A stretch of DNA of 64,000 bases from the NCBI GenBank assembly GCA_963666285.1, contig OY762711.1; one strand, 5' to 3'. Both the position numbers and the translations under genes were made by a program. Source of the DNA: Sedimentisphaerales bacterium. GTDB taxonomy: Bacteria > Planctomycetota > Phycisphaerae > Sedimentisphaerales > SM23-30. The notes under the pieces were generated by a model, which worked only from the letters and a program-made list of their open reading frames with translations, searched no databases and was not told the DNA's origin. Of the stretch, positions 18,460 through 27,580 are shown one piece after another (position 1 is the first letter of the stretch; each line of letters opens with the position of its first letter).

Positions 18460-19273
18460 TTTTGAGTGAATACTTAGTTTTGGCGAATCCGGTATTATAC
18501 CTAAACCATGCGAAGGCAGCGGCAATAAGAATTAAGGGCCAAAACTGCCTGATAAATATATAGAGGGAATTGATTCTTTCATAACCTGCTAGAAACGGGA
18601 GTGCCGCAATAAGAATGAGTGTGATAATCCTGGCCGTTTTGCAGGTGTATATATGCGGCCTGAGATTGGGGTGTTTTTCTATGATAATCCAGGCCAGGTA
18701 TGCCGCGAGTATGCCGATGGCGGCCCCAGCGATAGTGTCGGAAGGGTAATGTTTGGATGCGAGAATTCTCAGTAGTGCGATGATAAATGCGGATGAATGC
18801 AGGACAGTTAGAGCGGCGAACCGGAATGCGGCGATGGAGCTGTTGGCTATGTATGGTGTAAGAGCAGTTGCGACGGCGTATGCTGTTGCTGTATCGCCGG
18901 AAGGGAAGGAAGATAACTGTCTGTCAAAGTGATGTTCTTTTTCAGGCTGGGCGGTAACAGCGATTTGGAATTCCGGTCGAGGTCTGGCGATAAAATATTT
19001 AGCCGGGTAAACAAAAGGGAAGATAAGCGGCATTGCGATAATGGCGACAAGAACCGGTTTTACCTGTCGAGTGGTAATGAGCCAGATAAGCAGAAGCCAT
19101 ATTGGTACCCATGCTTTTCCGAGTTGGCGGAATGCGTTTATCCAATGGTTAGTGCAAATGTTGGGCCGATATTTAAAAAGGAAAAAATAGACCTTGTCAT
19201 CCAGGAAGAAATAGCTGGCAGTAGTAAGTAGAGCCAGAGCAGATATAATAATGATTATGATATTACGTTTCAT
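18437..19273 (-). CDS. PAP2-family membrane phosphatase
   Basis: K....RPRP, SFPSGD(T) and R....KHYPSD..AG motifs; several TM segments. Confidence 0.85.
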   Translation of the reverse strand: MKRNIIIIIISALALLTTASYFFLDDKVYFFLFKYRPNICTNHWINAFRQLGKAWVPIWLLLIWLITTRQVKPVLVAIIAMPLIFPFVYPAKYFIARPRPEFQIAVTAQPEKEHHFDRQLSSFPSGDTATAYAVATALTPYIANSSIAAFRFAALTVLHSSAFIIALLRILASKHYPSDTIAGAAIGILAAYLAWIIIEKHPNLRPHIYTCKTARIITLILIAALPFLAGYERINSLYIFIRQFWPLILIAAAFAWFRYNTGFAKTKYSLKINFLKSS

Positions 19274-19435
19274 TACAGCAGTTTTTCTATTTTTATCGTC
19301 AATTCGATTCTACATAAAATAAAACAGGCATCAAGTTAAAATCCTGTTAGTCCTATTTTTGCTTGTCTGATAAATAATTTAGGTTATTATTTGTATTATA
19401 TGGAAAAGAAAGTTAAAAAAAAGAGGAATAAGAAA

Positions 19436-20206
19436 ATGCTTATATTGCGTTTTGTGATATTGCTGCTGGTGTTTGTCTGGCTGGCAGGCTGTGCGATTGA
19501 CAGGCAGATGTTTCCTTGCAGGCGTACATATGAAACATTGAGCGGCCTGGTTAAGCTGCCTGTTGATGATGGCAATCAAGTTGCATTGGTATATATCGAA
19601 AATTCTAAAGCGGAATTTACAGTATTATTTAATCATGGCAATTATGAGGATCTTGGCGTATTAGAGGAGTTTCTGGCAGATTATTCTCGCAAAGGATTTT
19701 CAATTATTGCCTGGGATTATCGAGGCTATGGAGCGAGCAGCGGCAGGCCAAAAGAAAAGAATGTATGTAGCGATGTACAGAAGGTATTTGATTATGCGGT
19801 TGAAGAGCTTGGATTGGATCCGGGTAAGATAATTGTCCATGGCCGTTCGATAGGCAGCGGTCCGTCATGTGAGCTTGCTGAGAATAATAAAGTTGGCGGG
19901 TTGATAGTAGAATCCGGATTTATGTCAGTTTTCAGTGTTATGCTGCCGTGGGCCGGCCTGCCAGGAGATAAGTTTGTGAATATTGATAAGATTGATAAGG
20001 TTGACTGCCCGGTTTTGGTATTGCATGGAAAGCATGACCGGACGATAAGTTTTGATCATGGTCAGAAACTTTACGGCCAGGCAAGGGAGCCGAAGAGCTG
20101 CCACTGGTTTGATGATGCCGGGCATAATGATATTTTGTATTTTGAAGCTGAATACTGGCAGGCGATAAAGGAATTCAAAAAGCAAAAGTTAGAAAATAAA
20201 CAATAG
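19436..20206 (+). CDS. Alpha/beta hydrolase (ABHD17-like), probable lipoprotein
   Basis: FNHGNYED, DYRGYGAS.G.P, GRSIG nucleophile elbow, HG..D and AGHND. ATG 19436 follows GAGGA; lipobox LAGC. Confidence 0.85.
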   Translation: MLILRFVILLLVFVWLAGCAIDRQMFPCRRTYETLSGLVKLPVDDGNQVALVYIENSKAEFTVLFNHGNYEDLGVLEEFLADYSRKGFSIIAWDYRGYGASSGRPKEKNVCSDVQKVFDYAVEELGLDPGKIIVHGRSIGSGPSCELAENNKVGGLIVESGFMSVFSVMLPWAGLPGDKFVNIDKIDKVDCPVLVLHGKHDRTISFDHGQKLYGQAREPKSCHWFDDAGHNDILYFEAEYWQAIKEFKKQKLENKQ

Positions 20207-20238
20207 TGAAGAGCTGGTTTAGAATATAGCAGTAAAAT

Positions 20239-20268
20239 AAAAAAGGCTTCGTATAGAAACGAAGCCTT
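20239..20268 (-). terminator. Intrinsic terminator between convergent genes
   Basis: AAGGCTTCGT-N6-ACGAAGCCTT hairpin with an A-run on its left (U-tract on the - strand). Confidence 0.7.
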
Positions 20269-20313
20269 ATGGTGATGATTATGTTTAGTTGAGCGAAAAG
20301 CTCAATTATGAAA

Positions 20314-20952
20314 TTAGTTCATGCGGCGATGAACTCTACCAACAATAGCAGTGCCGAAGCCTGCGAGTATGACAGCACCAGGAGCCGGTACTGTTGGGGC
20401 CGGTTCAGGAGCAGCCGGTTCAGCAAAGTTCAATTCAAGTCCGATTGCTGCTTTGGCAGCATTGTCACCGATTTTGTTGTATTGGACGATAATGTCAAAA
20501 GATGAATTGTTGACACAGTATTTAGTGTTATTTATGAATAGGTTTGTACCATCAAACATTATTGTATAAGACCTGCTGATATCCCACCATGCTGATTCAT
20601 CGATAACAGAATCTTTATTATGGTCATTGCTACAATCGCCATCCCAAATAATAACATTGTTTTCGTTTTTGATACAAAAGAAACCATAATAATTTTCACC
20701 ATTTATAGTGATATCAAGGTCGACTGCTTTGTTCGTTTCCAGTAAGAATTTGTAGCTTTTATCTGAACCGTAAAAATTGCCGGCATTTTCATATGTGAAA
20801 TTACTGCCATCAGAATATGAAAGTGAAGTTGTGACAGTTCCGGTTCCGCTTCCAATGTTTTCAGTCCATGATTCTGACCAGTCAGAGGTAATTCCTGCAA
20901 AGGTGCTACCGGCAAATAATGACAAAGCAATCAAAAAGGCAAATTTTTTCAT
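20314..20952 (-). CDS. PEP-CTERM (VPAPGA variant) sorting-domain protein
   Basis: Signal peptide; C-terminus VPAPGAVILAGFGTAIVGRVHRRMN (motif, hydrophobic helix, basic tail). Confidence 0.85.
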   Translation of the reverse strand: MKKFAFLIALSLFAGSTFAGITSDWSESWTENIGSGTGTVTTSLSYSDGSNFTYENAGNFYGSDKSYKFLLETNKAVDLDITINGENYYGFFCIKNENNVIIWDGDCSNDHNKDSVIDESAWWDISRSYTIMFDGTNLFINNTKYCVNNSSFDIIVQYNKIGDNAAKAAIGLELNFAEPAAPEPAPTVPAPGAVILAGFGTAIVGRVHRRMN

Positions 20953-21064
20953 TTTTCTCTCCTCAGAATTTTTAAATACAGTTACTCAATAAAAAATTAT
21001 TAAATTTTGGAAGGGAATGGTGGTGGGACCCAATTTTTCCCTTCTTCTCCGTTTGTGGAATTAC

Positions 21065-21093
21065 ATGATAGGAAATTAAAGCAGATGTGTCAA
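21065..21093 (-). promoter_or_regulatory. Sigma70-type promoter of the 20314-20952 gene
   Basis: - strand reads TTGACA-17 bp-TATCAT. Confidence 0.6.
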
Positions 21094-21232
21094 TATGATA
21101 TTAGGGATAAAGTTAAATATTCTCGCATTTTTTGGCAGAAAGCCGCTAATTTGGGTTATTTGGAAGATATAGTTGGTTTGTAGCAGGGGAGGTGGTTACG
21201 TTCTGTTAATTGTATAAGGCGATTTTTTATTG

Positions 21233-21269
21233 AAAAAAGGAGCCTGGCGTGTCAGCCAGACTCCTTTTT
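21233..21269 (-). terminator. Intrinsic terminator after the 21309-22151 gene
   Basis: AAAAAAGGAGCCTGGC-loop-GCCAGACTCCTTTTT hairpin with tracts on both sides. Confidence 0.75.
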
Positions 21270-21308
21270 GTTTTTTTGGGGTTATATAAAAAGGGAATAA
21301 AATAAGCT

Positions 21309-22151
21309 CTAGTTCATACGACGGCGAATTCTGCCAACGATAGCGGTACCGAAACCAGCGAGAAGTATAGCTCCAGGAGCAGGAACGGCCGCTGCGTTAT
21401 ATTCAACAGTTACGTTATCAAGAGCCAGTCCGTCGATATTATCATAGCATAACCAGCCATACCTATTTCCACCTACAACCGATGCGATGTCATCAGCAGT
21501 TGATCTAGTAACACTATAGATAAGTGTACCATTAGAGTCTAGTAGGTTGAAGTCAACAGCAAGTGAGCCTGCCAGATCGTAGTAAACACTTTCAAGAGTG
21601 TACCATCCAGAATCTGAAACAGTTGCATAATCCTGGCTATTTTCATTTAATAGTTTATAGGAGTTAAATGAATAGTCTGAGTTATTAGATGCATTAACAA
21701 TCAAATCTTCGTTAACAATACCAACATGCCAGATAAAGTCACGAAGGTGGCTACCGTCTTGTTTACTGATAGCGACAGACCAGTCAAAGCCATTTCCGTC
21801 ATCCCAGTTTGTGTCCAGATAAACATCCATAGAAACACTAAAACCGGTTCCGAAAGAATCAGAGTAGCCACCTAATCTAGTGTAAGGTGAGACAGCGCCA
21901 AGTGTAGGTGTGCCATAGACGTTACTCTGTTCAGAAAGGTTAGTAATGATGGCATGTGAGCTTCCATCAGCAGAGATGATACCATCTGTGCCAGAGGCTA
22001 CCTGAATGATATCGCCACCAGCATAATTTTGCCAATTGTTTGAGTCGGTGCCAGCTGTCCAGCCAGCATCTTCAAAACCTTCAAAATAGGTAACGTCAGC
22101 AGATGCAACACCAGCAATACAGAGAGCAAGTAACAATACAATCTTTTTCAT
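21309..22151 (-). CDS. PEP-CTERM (VPAPGA variant) sorting-domain protein
   Basis: Signal peptide MKKIVLLLALCIAGVASA; C-terminus VPAPGAILLAGFGTAIVGRIRRRMN. Confidence 0.87.
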   Translation of the reverse strand: MKKIVLLLALCIAGVASADVTYFEGFEDAGWTAGTDSNNWQNYAGGDIIQVASGTDGIISADGSSHAIITNLSEQSNVYGTPTLGAVSPYTRLGGYSDSFGTGFSVSMDVYLDTNWDDGNGFDWSVAISKQDGSHLRDFIWHVGIVNEDLIVNASNNSDYSFNSYKLLNENSQDYATVSDSGWYTLESVYYDLAGSLAVDFNLLDSNGTLIYSVTRSTADDIASVVGGNRYGWLCYDNIDGLALDNVTVEYNAAAVPAPGAILLAGFGTAIVGRIRRRMN

Positions 22152-22273
22152 TTTAGTTTTCTCCTTAGAAAATAAGTTATAAGAAATAAGGCCTTAGATT
22201 TTGTCAAATAAACCAGAATGGAATGTAAAATTGAAATTGACATTCTCTTTTTTTAAGCAATAACCTTAAATTC

Positions 22274-22302
22274 ATAATATAGTAGTAACAGGTGAAAGTC
22301 AA
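22274..22302 (-). promoter_or_regulatory. Sigma70-type promoter of the 21309-22151 gene
   Basis: - strand reads TTGACT-17 bp-TATTAT. Confidence 0.55.
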
Positions 22303-22416
22303 GATATTATCTAAGTCTGCAAACTGTTTATTTGAAGAGGTAATATTCTTATCAGTGTTAATAAAGGCTTTTTTCGCAAATGTTATTTTGGTGTTAGGAA
22401 TGTAAATCTAAAACTA

Positions 22417-23505
22417 TCAAGCTTTTGTAGTACTTTTGCGTTTGAAGCCTTTATCGTTGAGTTCGAAGACGTAAGCGAGTACTTCAGCGACCGCTTTGTA
22501 AAGTTCCGGCGGTACATAGTCGCCTACTTCGCAGCTTTTGAACAGGGCCCGTGCCAGCGGTTTTCGTTCAACGATAGGTACTCCTGAATCAAGAGCAATT
22601 CTCCTAATACGCTGTGCCATATATCCAGAACCTTTGGCAACCAGCTTCGGTGACGGCATAGTCTCAGGGTCGTATTTGAGAGCGAGAGCAAGTTCAGTAG
22701 GGTTGGTAACAATGACATCAGCTTTTGGAACAGCCTGCGCGGTACGCTGAGAAGCCAGCTGTCGAGCGACAGATCGTCGCCGCTGTTTCATGATTGGGTC
22801 ACCTTCCATCCTTTTCATTTCTTCTTTGACCTCTTCCTTGGTCATTTTCAGATCGTTATAGTGTTTGTATTTCTGGTAGCCATAGTCCATGAGAGCCAGT
22901 ATAAGCAGAACAGTTGCCATCCTGATGCCGAGTATAAATGTCATTTCACCTCCGGCAACAAGTATGTCAATAAAAGAAAGAGTTGAAAGAGATACAATTT
23001 TTTCCATAGAGTTGGTAATTGTAATACCAGCAACAGAACCAATAATACATACTTTCGCTAGAGATAAGGCCGCCTTGACCGCGCTTTGTGCAGAGAACAG
23101 GCGTTTAATACCGCTAAGAGGGGACAGTTTTTCAAAAGACGGAGTAATAGGTTTGGAAGTAATCATGAATCCAACCTGGAAGAGATTGGCGAGGTATGAA
23201 GCAAGAAACAGAAACAGAAATATTGGTCCAAGAATTCTAACGAGATATTTAATAACCATAGCCCCGCCTTGTTCAAAAGCGAGTTTTCCGGTAACCGCAA
23301 CGCGGTCGAGCTCGAAAGCCCAGTCAAATAGTTCCATAATAAGCTTAATCATGTCATCGATGAGAATATTAAGCGTAAAAAGGGCAGCCAGCAGGCATAA
23401 TGCAGCTGTAAGATCCATGCTTTTGGCAACCTGTCCTTTATCCCTGGCTTCCTGCAGCCGCCGAGCGGTAGGTGCCTCTGTTTTGTCTCCGGTATCTGAT
23501 GGCAT
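22417..23505 (-). CDS. flhB: Flagellar export apparatus protein FlhB
   Basis: DKTEAPT.RRL.EAR.KGQVAKS, LKMTKEEVKEE.K..EGDP, VIVTNPT(E), and P.LARAL...P.ELYKAVAEVLAYV. Confidence 0.96.
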   Translation of the reverse strand: MPSDTGDKTEAPTARRLQEARDKGQVAKSMDLTAALCLLAALFTLNILIDDMIKLIMELFDWAFELDRVAVTGKLAFEQGGAMVIKYLVRILGPIFLFLFLASYLANLFQVGFMITSKPITPSFEKLSPLSGIKRLFSAQSAVKAALSLAKVCIIGSVAGITITNSMEKIVSLSTLSFIDILVAGGEMTFILGIRMATVLLILALMDYGYQKYKHYNDLKMTKEEVKEEMKRMEGDPIMKQRRRSVARQLASQRTAQAVPKADVIVTNPTELALALKYDPETMPSPKLVAKGSGYMAQRIRRIALDSGVPIVERKPLARALFKSCEVGDYVPPELYKAVAEVLAYVFELNDKGFKRKSTTKA

Positions 23506-23537
23506 AAATAATGATTCAGCAGTGATTTAGTCAGCGT

Positions 23538-24320
23538 TTAGCTGGTTTGGTAGAAAAGTCCCCCGATTTCCCTGAAAGCAAGAACAATGTATTCATCAAA
23601 AATATCGAATGCCGCGCCAAGTGCAGTAATCATAATAAACATGGTCAGCAGTATTCGCATTGGGAACCCGGCAGCGAGAATATTGAGCTGCGGCATAGTT
23701 CTGGAAATGAAACCAAGGGCAATAGTCGCGAGAAAGACAGCAACGAGAACGGGCCCGGCAATTCTAATCCCAGCCTGAAATGCGAGAATGAGCACATTAA
23801 CCAGCGTTCTCATAATAGGTTCGGTAGAAATTGGAGCAGCTAAAGGTATAGTTTTGAAGGTATCGGCAATGGTATGAATGAGTACCAGGTGTCCGTTGAT
23901 AAGTATGTAGAAAGTTGTTAACAGCAGGCTGTAAATCTGCTGGATGAGTGTGACGTCCAAGCCGGATGCCGGGTCAACCATCTTTGACATGCTGAGCCCC
24001 ATTTGCTGGCTGATCATCTCGGCTCCCATTTTTATGCCGGTGAACATAAAAAGCAGAATTAGCCCCATGCCGGCACCGATGACCATTTCGCTGGTAACAG
24101 AAATAGTAAGTCCGATCCAGTTTTCCGGCTGGAAAACAATACCGGGTACCAGAGGCCATACAGCCATTGCAATAACGAACATGAACATGCCGCGGACAAT
24201 AACGGGGATTGAAGACAAGCCAAGGAGCGGGCCGAACATTGCCAGTCCGGATACGCGAAATAGAACCAGAATAAAAGCCGGTAGTCTTTCGTAGAGAGTC
24301 TCAACAGGTGTTAAGAACAT
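23538..24320 (-). CDS. fliR: Flagellar export apparatus protein FliR
   Basis: F.RVSG...P, E..IG...G, Q.MGLS, NGHL.LI and G.ISRT.PQLN....GFP; directly upstream of flhB. Confidence 0.93.
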   Translation of the reverse strand: MFLTPVETLYERLPAFILVLFRVSGLAMFGPLLGLSSIPVIVRGMFMFVIAMAVWPLVPGIVFQPENWIGLTISVTSEMVIGAGMGLILLFMFTGIKMGAEMISQQMGLSMSKMVDPASGLDVTLIQQIYSLLLTTFYILINGHLVLIHTIADTFKTIPLAAPISTEPIMRTLVNVLILAFQAGIRIAGPVLVAVFLATIALGFISRTMPQLNILAAGFPMRILLTMFIMITALGAAFDIFDEYIVLAFREIGGLFYQTS

Positions 24321-24323
24321 AAA

Positions 24324-24387
24324 TGCTTCCTTGCAAGTAGTTTACAGATGAAAATTTGTTTATTAAATCTGTATTGCCGTCCATGGC
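24324..24387 (-). promoter_or_regulatory. Two putative CsrA-type binding hairpins in the fliR leader
   Basis: - strand: GCC-AUGGAC-GGC (24376-24387) and UGC-AAGGAA-GCA (24324-24335, overlapping the RBS); both are ANGGAN hexaloops. Confidence 0.55.
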
Positions 24388-24783
24388 GTTATTTATAAAC
24401 TTCAGTAATTCCAATGAAACAGTTAGAGGTAAAAACATTAAAAAATTTCAAAAGAAAACCGAAGCTAAAAGTTCATTAACTCTATGCTAATGAACCATTT
24501 GGACAGTTTACACAGATTATGGCTAAATGTCAAAAAATTAAACCAATTTTATCGGAACTACCGATAGACTCGATTGAGAGGGTCTGTAGCCTTTCTTTTA
24601 TTTATCCCCGAAAGCTATGGACTTGTACAAGCGGTTGTGCAACCGACGGGCACGGAGTGTATGAATATATAATAAAATTACCCAAATTAACATTTGGTTT
24701 AAGTTTATTTTTTATAGATACTTATATATTTTTTCGGTCTAAATGATGAAGGGAAGTATAAAGCAAAGCAGGAATGTTGAACT

Positions 24784-25674
24784 ATGGGACTAGTATACAG
24801 TAATTTTCATTTCATTTATGATCAGAAGCGGGAACTGGGCCTGAAATTTGTAAATGGAATAACATTGGGCAGGCAGCAAATATTCCTGCGAGCCAGGGAA
24901 TATCAGCGTTTGTGTGATAAGTACGGTATAACCAGTAGGACGCTCCCGAAATTTGGAACATGTGATGATCAATTCCTTGAGAATGCATTTGGCTGCAGTA
25001 TAACATCAGCAGATTACAGTGATTATGAAGGGGCCGAACTGGTACATGATTTTAACAGGGCTTTGGATTCCAGCTGGTATGGTAAATATGATCTTGTAAT
25101 CGATGGCGGTACCCTGGAGCATGTCTTTAATTTTCCTCAGGCAATAGCCAATTGTATGAACCTACTGAAAAAAGACGGTCATTTATTTATATTTACCCCG
25201 GCCAACAATAACATGGGGCATGGTTTTTATCAGTTTAGTCCCGAATTGTTTTATCGAGTTTTGGATGATGAAAACGGTTTCCAGGTAAAAAGTATGGTTT
25301 TATGTGACAGCAAGTATCCCGGAGTAGAACTGGATGATAATTTAGGTCACTGGCGGGTAGCTGATCCAGTTAAGGTAGAATCGCGAGTAGGTCTGGTGTC
25401 GAATCGTCCGGCGTGGATAATGGTACATGCCGTAAAGACAGCAGATAAGCCGGTATTTGAGAAGTATCCTATACAATCAGACTATGCGACAACGTATGAG
25501 CAATGCAAGGTCGAAGGTAAGAACCCGGAATCAGCCAGGAAAACAAGCGGCAGGATAAAGGCTAAGGTTAAGGCCATATTGCCAGGAAAACTTCTGCGAG
25601 GCAGGATCGGCAAAGCACAACTGAATACGTATTCAGTAAAGAACAAGGAATTTTACGAAAAACTTGATTGGTAA
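24784..25674 (+). CDS. Class I SAM-dependent methyltransferase (glycan cluster)
   Basis: S.D.S.YEGA..VHDFN, YDLVIDGGTLEHVFNFPQA and NN..GHGFYQFSPELF. Confidence 0.75.
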   Translation: MGLVYSNFHFIYDQKRELGLKFVNGITLGRQQIFLRAREYQRLCDKYGITSRTLPKFGTCDDQFLENAFGCSITSADYSDYEGAELVHDFNRALDSSWYGKYDLVIDGGTLEHVFNFPQAIANCMNLLKKDGHLFIFTPANNNMGHGFYQFSPELFYRVLDDENGFQVKSMVLCDSKYPGVELDDNLGHWRVADPVKVESRVGLVSNRPAWIMVHAVKTADKPVFEKYPIQSDYATTYEQCKVEGKNPESARKTSGRIKAKVKAILPGKLLRGRIGKAQLNTYSVKNKEFYEKLDW

Positions 25675-25727
25675 AAGTGCGAAATTGATTTTTGAATAAG
25701 TTTCAGAAATAGAAACAGGCGAGGAAT

Positions 25728-26693
25728 ATGAAAGCATTAGTAACAGGCGGAGCAGGTTTTATTGGATCACATTTATGTGAGTCGCTACTGGCGGACGGTC
25801 ATGAAGTAATAGTAATTGATGATTTGTCTACAGGGCGGATAGAGAATTTATCAGCGGTGATAAAACACGAGAATCTCCAATTTGTACGAGATGATGTTCG
25901 GAACAATTTGACGATGAACCTGCTGGTGGAGAAGTGTGATATGGTGTTTCACCTGGCAGCTGCGGTGGGAGTGCAGCTGATCGTGGATGAGCCTGTTAGA
26001 ACCATAGAGACAAATATTCACGGTACCGAAATTGTTTTAGAGCTGGCAAACAAATACGGTAAAAAGATATTGCTGGCTTCAACAAGCGAGGTTTACGGCA
26101 AGTCAGAGAAAGTGCCGTTTTGTGAAGACGATGACACTGTTTTGGGCAGTACCCGTTTTAGTCGCTGGTCGTATGCCTGCAGCAAAGCGATAGACGAATT
26201 CCTGGGGCTGGCGTATTACCAGCAGTATGGTCTGCCGGTAGTGATAGCGAGATTTTTTAATACGGTAGGGCCTCGTCAGACAGGTCAGTACGGGATGGTG
26301 ATACCGAGATTTGTTGTACAGGCCTTGCAGGGTGAACCGGTAACGATATACGGCAGCGGCAAACAGTCAAGATGCTTTGGCTATGTAGGCGATGCGGTAA
26401 AAGCAGTTAGAAAGCTAATGGCATCGGAGACATCGCCGGGCAGAGTTTATAATATTGGTTCAACGGAAGAAGTTACGATAGAGACCCTGGCAGATAAGAT
26501 AATAGCCAAGACCGGCAGTTCCGGCGGTAAGAAGTATCTGAGCTATGAAGAAGCGTACGGCAGGTCTTTTGACGATATGATGCGTCGTGTCCCCTGCGTG
26601 GACAGGTTACGGGAAGAGATTGATTTTGTCCCGGAAACGGACTTAGATGAAATATTGAAGCAGGTAATTGCAGAAAAAAAACAAACGAGGTAA
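25728..26693 (+). CDS. NAD-dependent nucleotide-sugar epimerase/dehydratase (extended SDR)
   Basis: [33 protein letters not shown] and [10 protein letters not shown]. Confidence 0.9.
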   Translation: MKALVTGGAGFIGSHLCESLLADGHEVIVIDDLSTGRIENLSAVIKHENLQFVRDDVRNNLTMNLLVEKCDMVFHLAAAVGVQLIVDEPVRTIETNIHGTEIVLELANKYGKKILLASTSEVYGKSEKVPFCEDDDTVLGSTRFSRWSYACSKAIDEFLGLAYYQQYGLPVVIARFFNTVGPRQTGQYGMVIPRFVVQALQGEPVTIYGSGKQSRCFGYVGDAVKAVRKLMASETSPGRVYNIGSTEEVTIETLADKIIAKTGSSGGKKYLSYEEAYGRSFDDMMRRVPCVDRLREEIDFVPETDLDEILKQVIAEKKQTR

Positions 26694-26697
26694 TTCA

Positions 26698-27462
26698 ATG
26701 AGAGTACTAGTAACAGGCGGTGCAGGTTTTATCGGCAGTCACCTGGTTGAGCGTTTGCTGGCCAGAGGTGATTCAGTGATTGTACTGGATAATTTTCATA
26801 CCGGCCAGAGAGATAATCTTCGTCATCTGCTGAGTAATGATGAACTGGAGATATATCGCCAGGATGTAACAGATCCATTTAAGTATGAGGTGGATTATAT
26901 ATATAACCTGGCATGCCCGGCAAGCCCGATCCATTACCAGCGCAGCCCGGTAAAAACCGTTGTTACCTCAGTACAGGGTGCGATTAATTGTCTGAACCTG
27001 GCACATGAGATAAAGGCAAGGGTTTTGCAGGCGTCTACCAGTGAGGTTTACGGCGATCCGGCAATGCATCCGCAGATGGAGCATTACTGGGGAAATGTAA
27101 ATACTATAGGCCCGCGCAGCTGTTACGATGAGGGCAAACGGGTAGCAGAGACATTGATGTTTGATTATTATCGCGAATATGGAGTAGATATCCGGGTCGC
27201 GAGGATATTTAATACTTTTGGTCCCAGGATGAGCTGTAATGACGGGCGGGTAATCAGTAATTTTATTTTACAGGCATTGAGAGGTGAAGATATCTCGCTG
27301 TTTGGTGATGGCAGCCAGACCAGATCATTCTGTTTTGTAGATGACCTGGTTGAAGGTTTGCTAAGGCTGATGGATAATACCGAGACAGTTGGGCCGGTGA
27401 ACCTGGGCAACCCGATGGAACGGACGATACGTGAAGTTGCCGAGATAATTGTGCCGATATGA
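26698..27462 (+). pseudogene. uxs: UDP-glucuronate decarboxylase (Uxs), apparently C-terminally truncated
   Basis: [41 protein letters not shown] and GPVNLGNP. Stops at ~254 aa and lacks the usual C-terminal 'LP.DDP..R.PDI' segment. Confidence 0.7.
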
Positions 27463-27494
27463 ATGAAAAGCCAATAGTGAGTGAATTAAGCATA

Positions 27495-27551
27495 AAGGGC
27501 ACCTCTAAAAAATCATCTTTCGCAACAAAAGCAATTTCTAGGAGTACCCTT
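27495..27551. mobile_element. Small MITE-like or IS-end remnant (imperfect terminal inverted repeats)
   Basis: AAGGGCACCTCTAAAAA ... TTTCTAGGAGTACCCTT (reverse complement AAGGGTACTCCTAGAAA). Confidence 0.45.
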
Positions 27552-27580
27552 AAAGAGTTAACAGAAAAGGTGGAGTAATA

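Noticed and set aside
24539..24580. Sigma28 promoter for fliR near TATCGG-AACTA-CCGATA
   Set aside because: Spacing to a TAAA-like -35 is 17 rather than ~15 bp on either strand; only the inverted repeat itself is certain.
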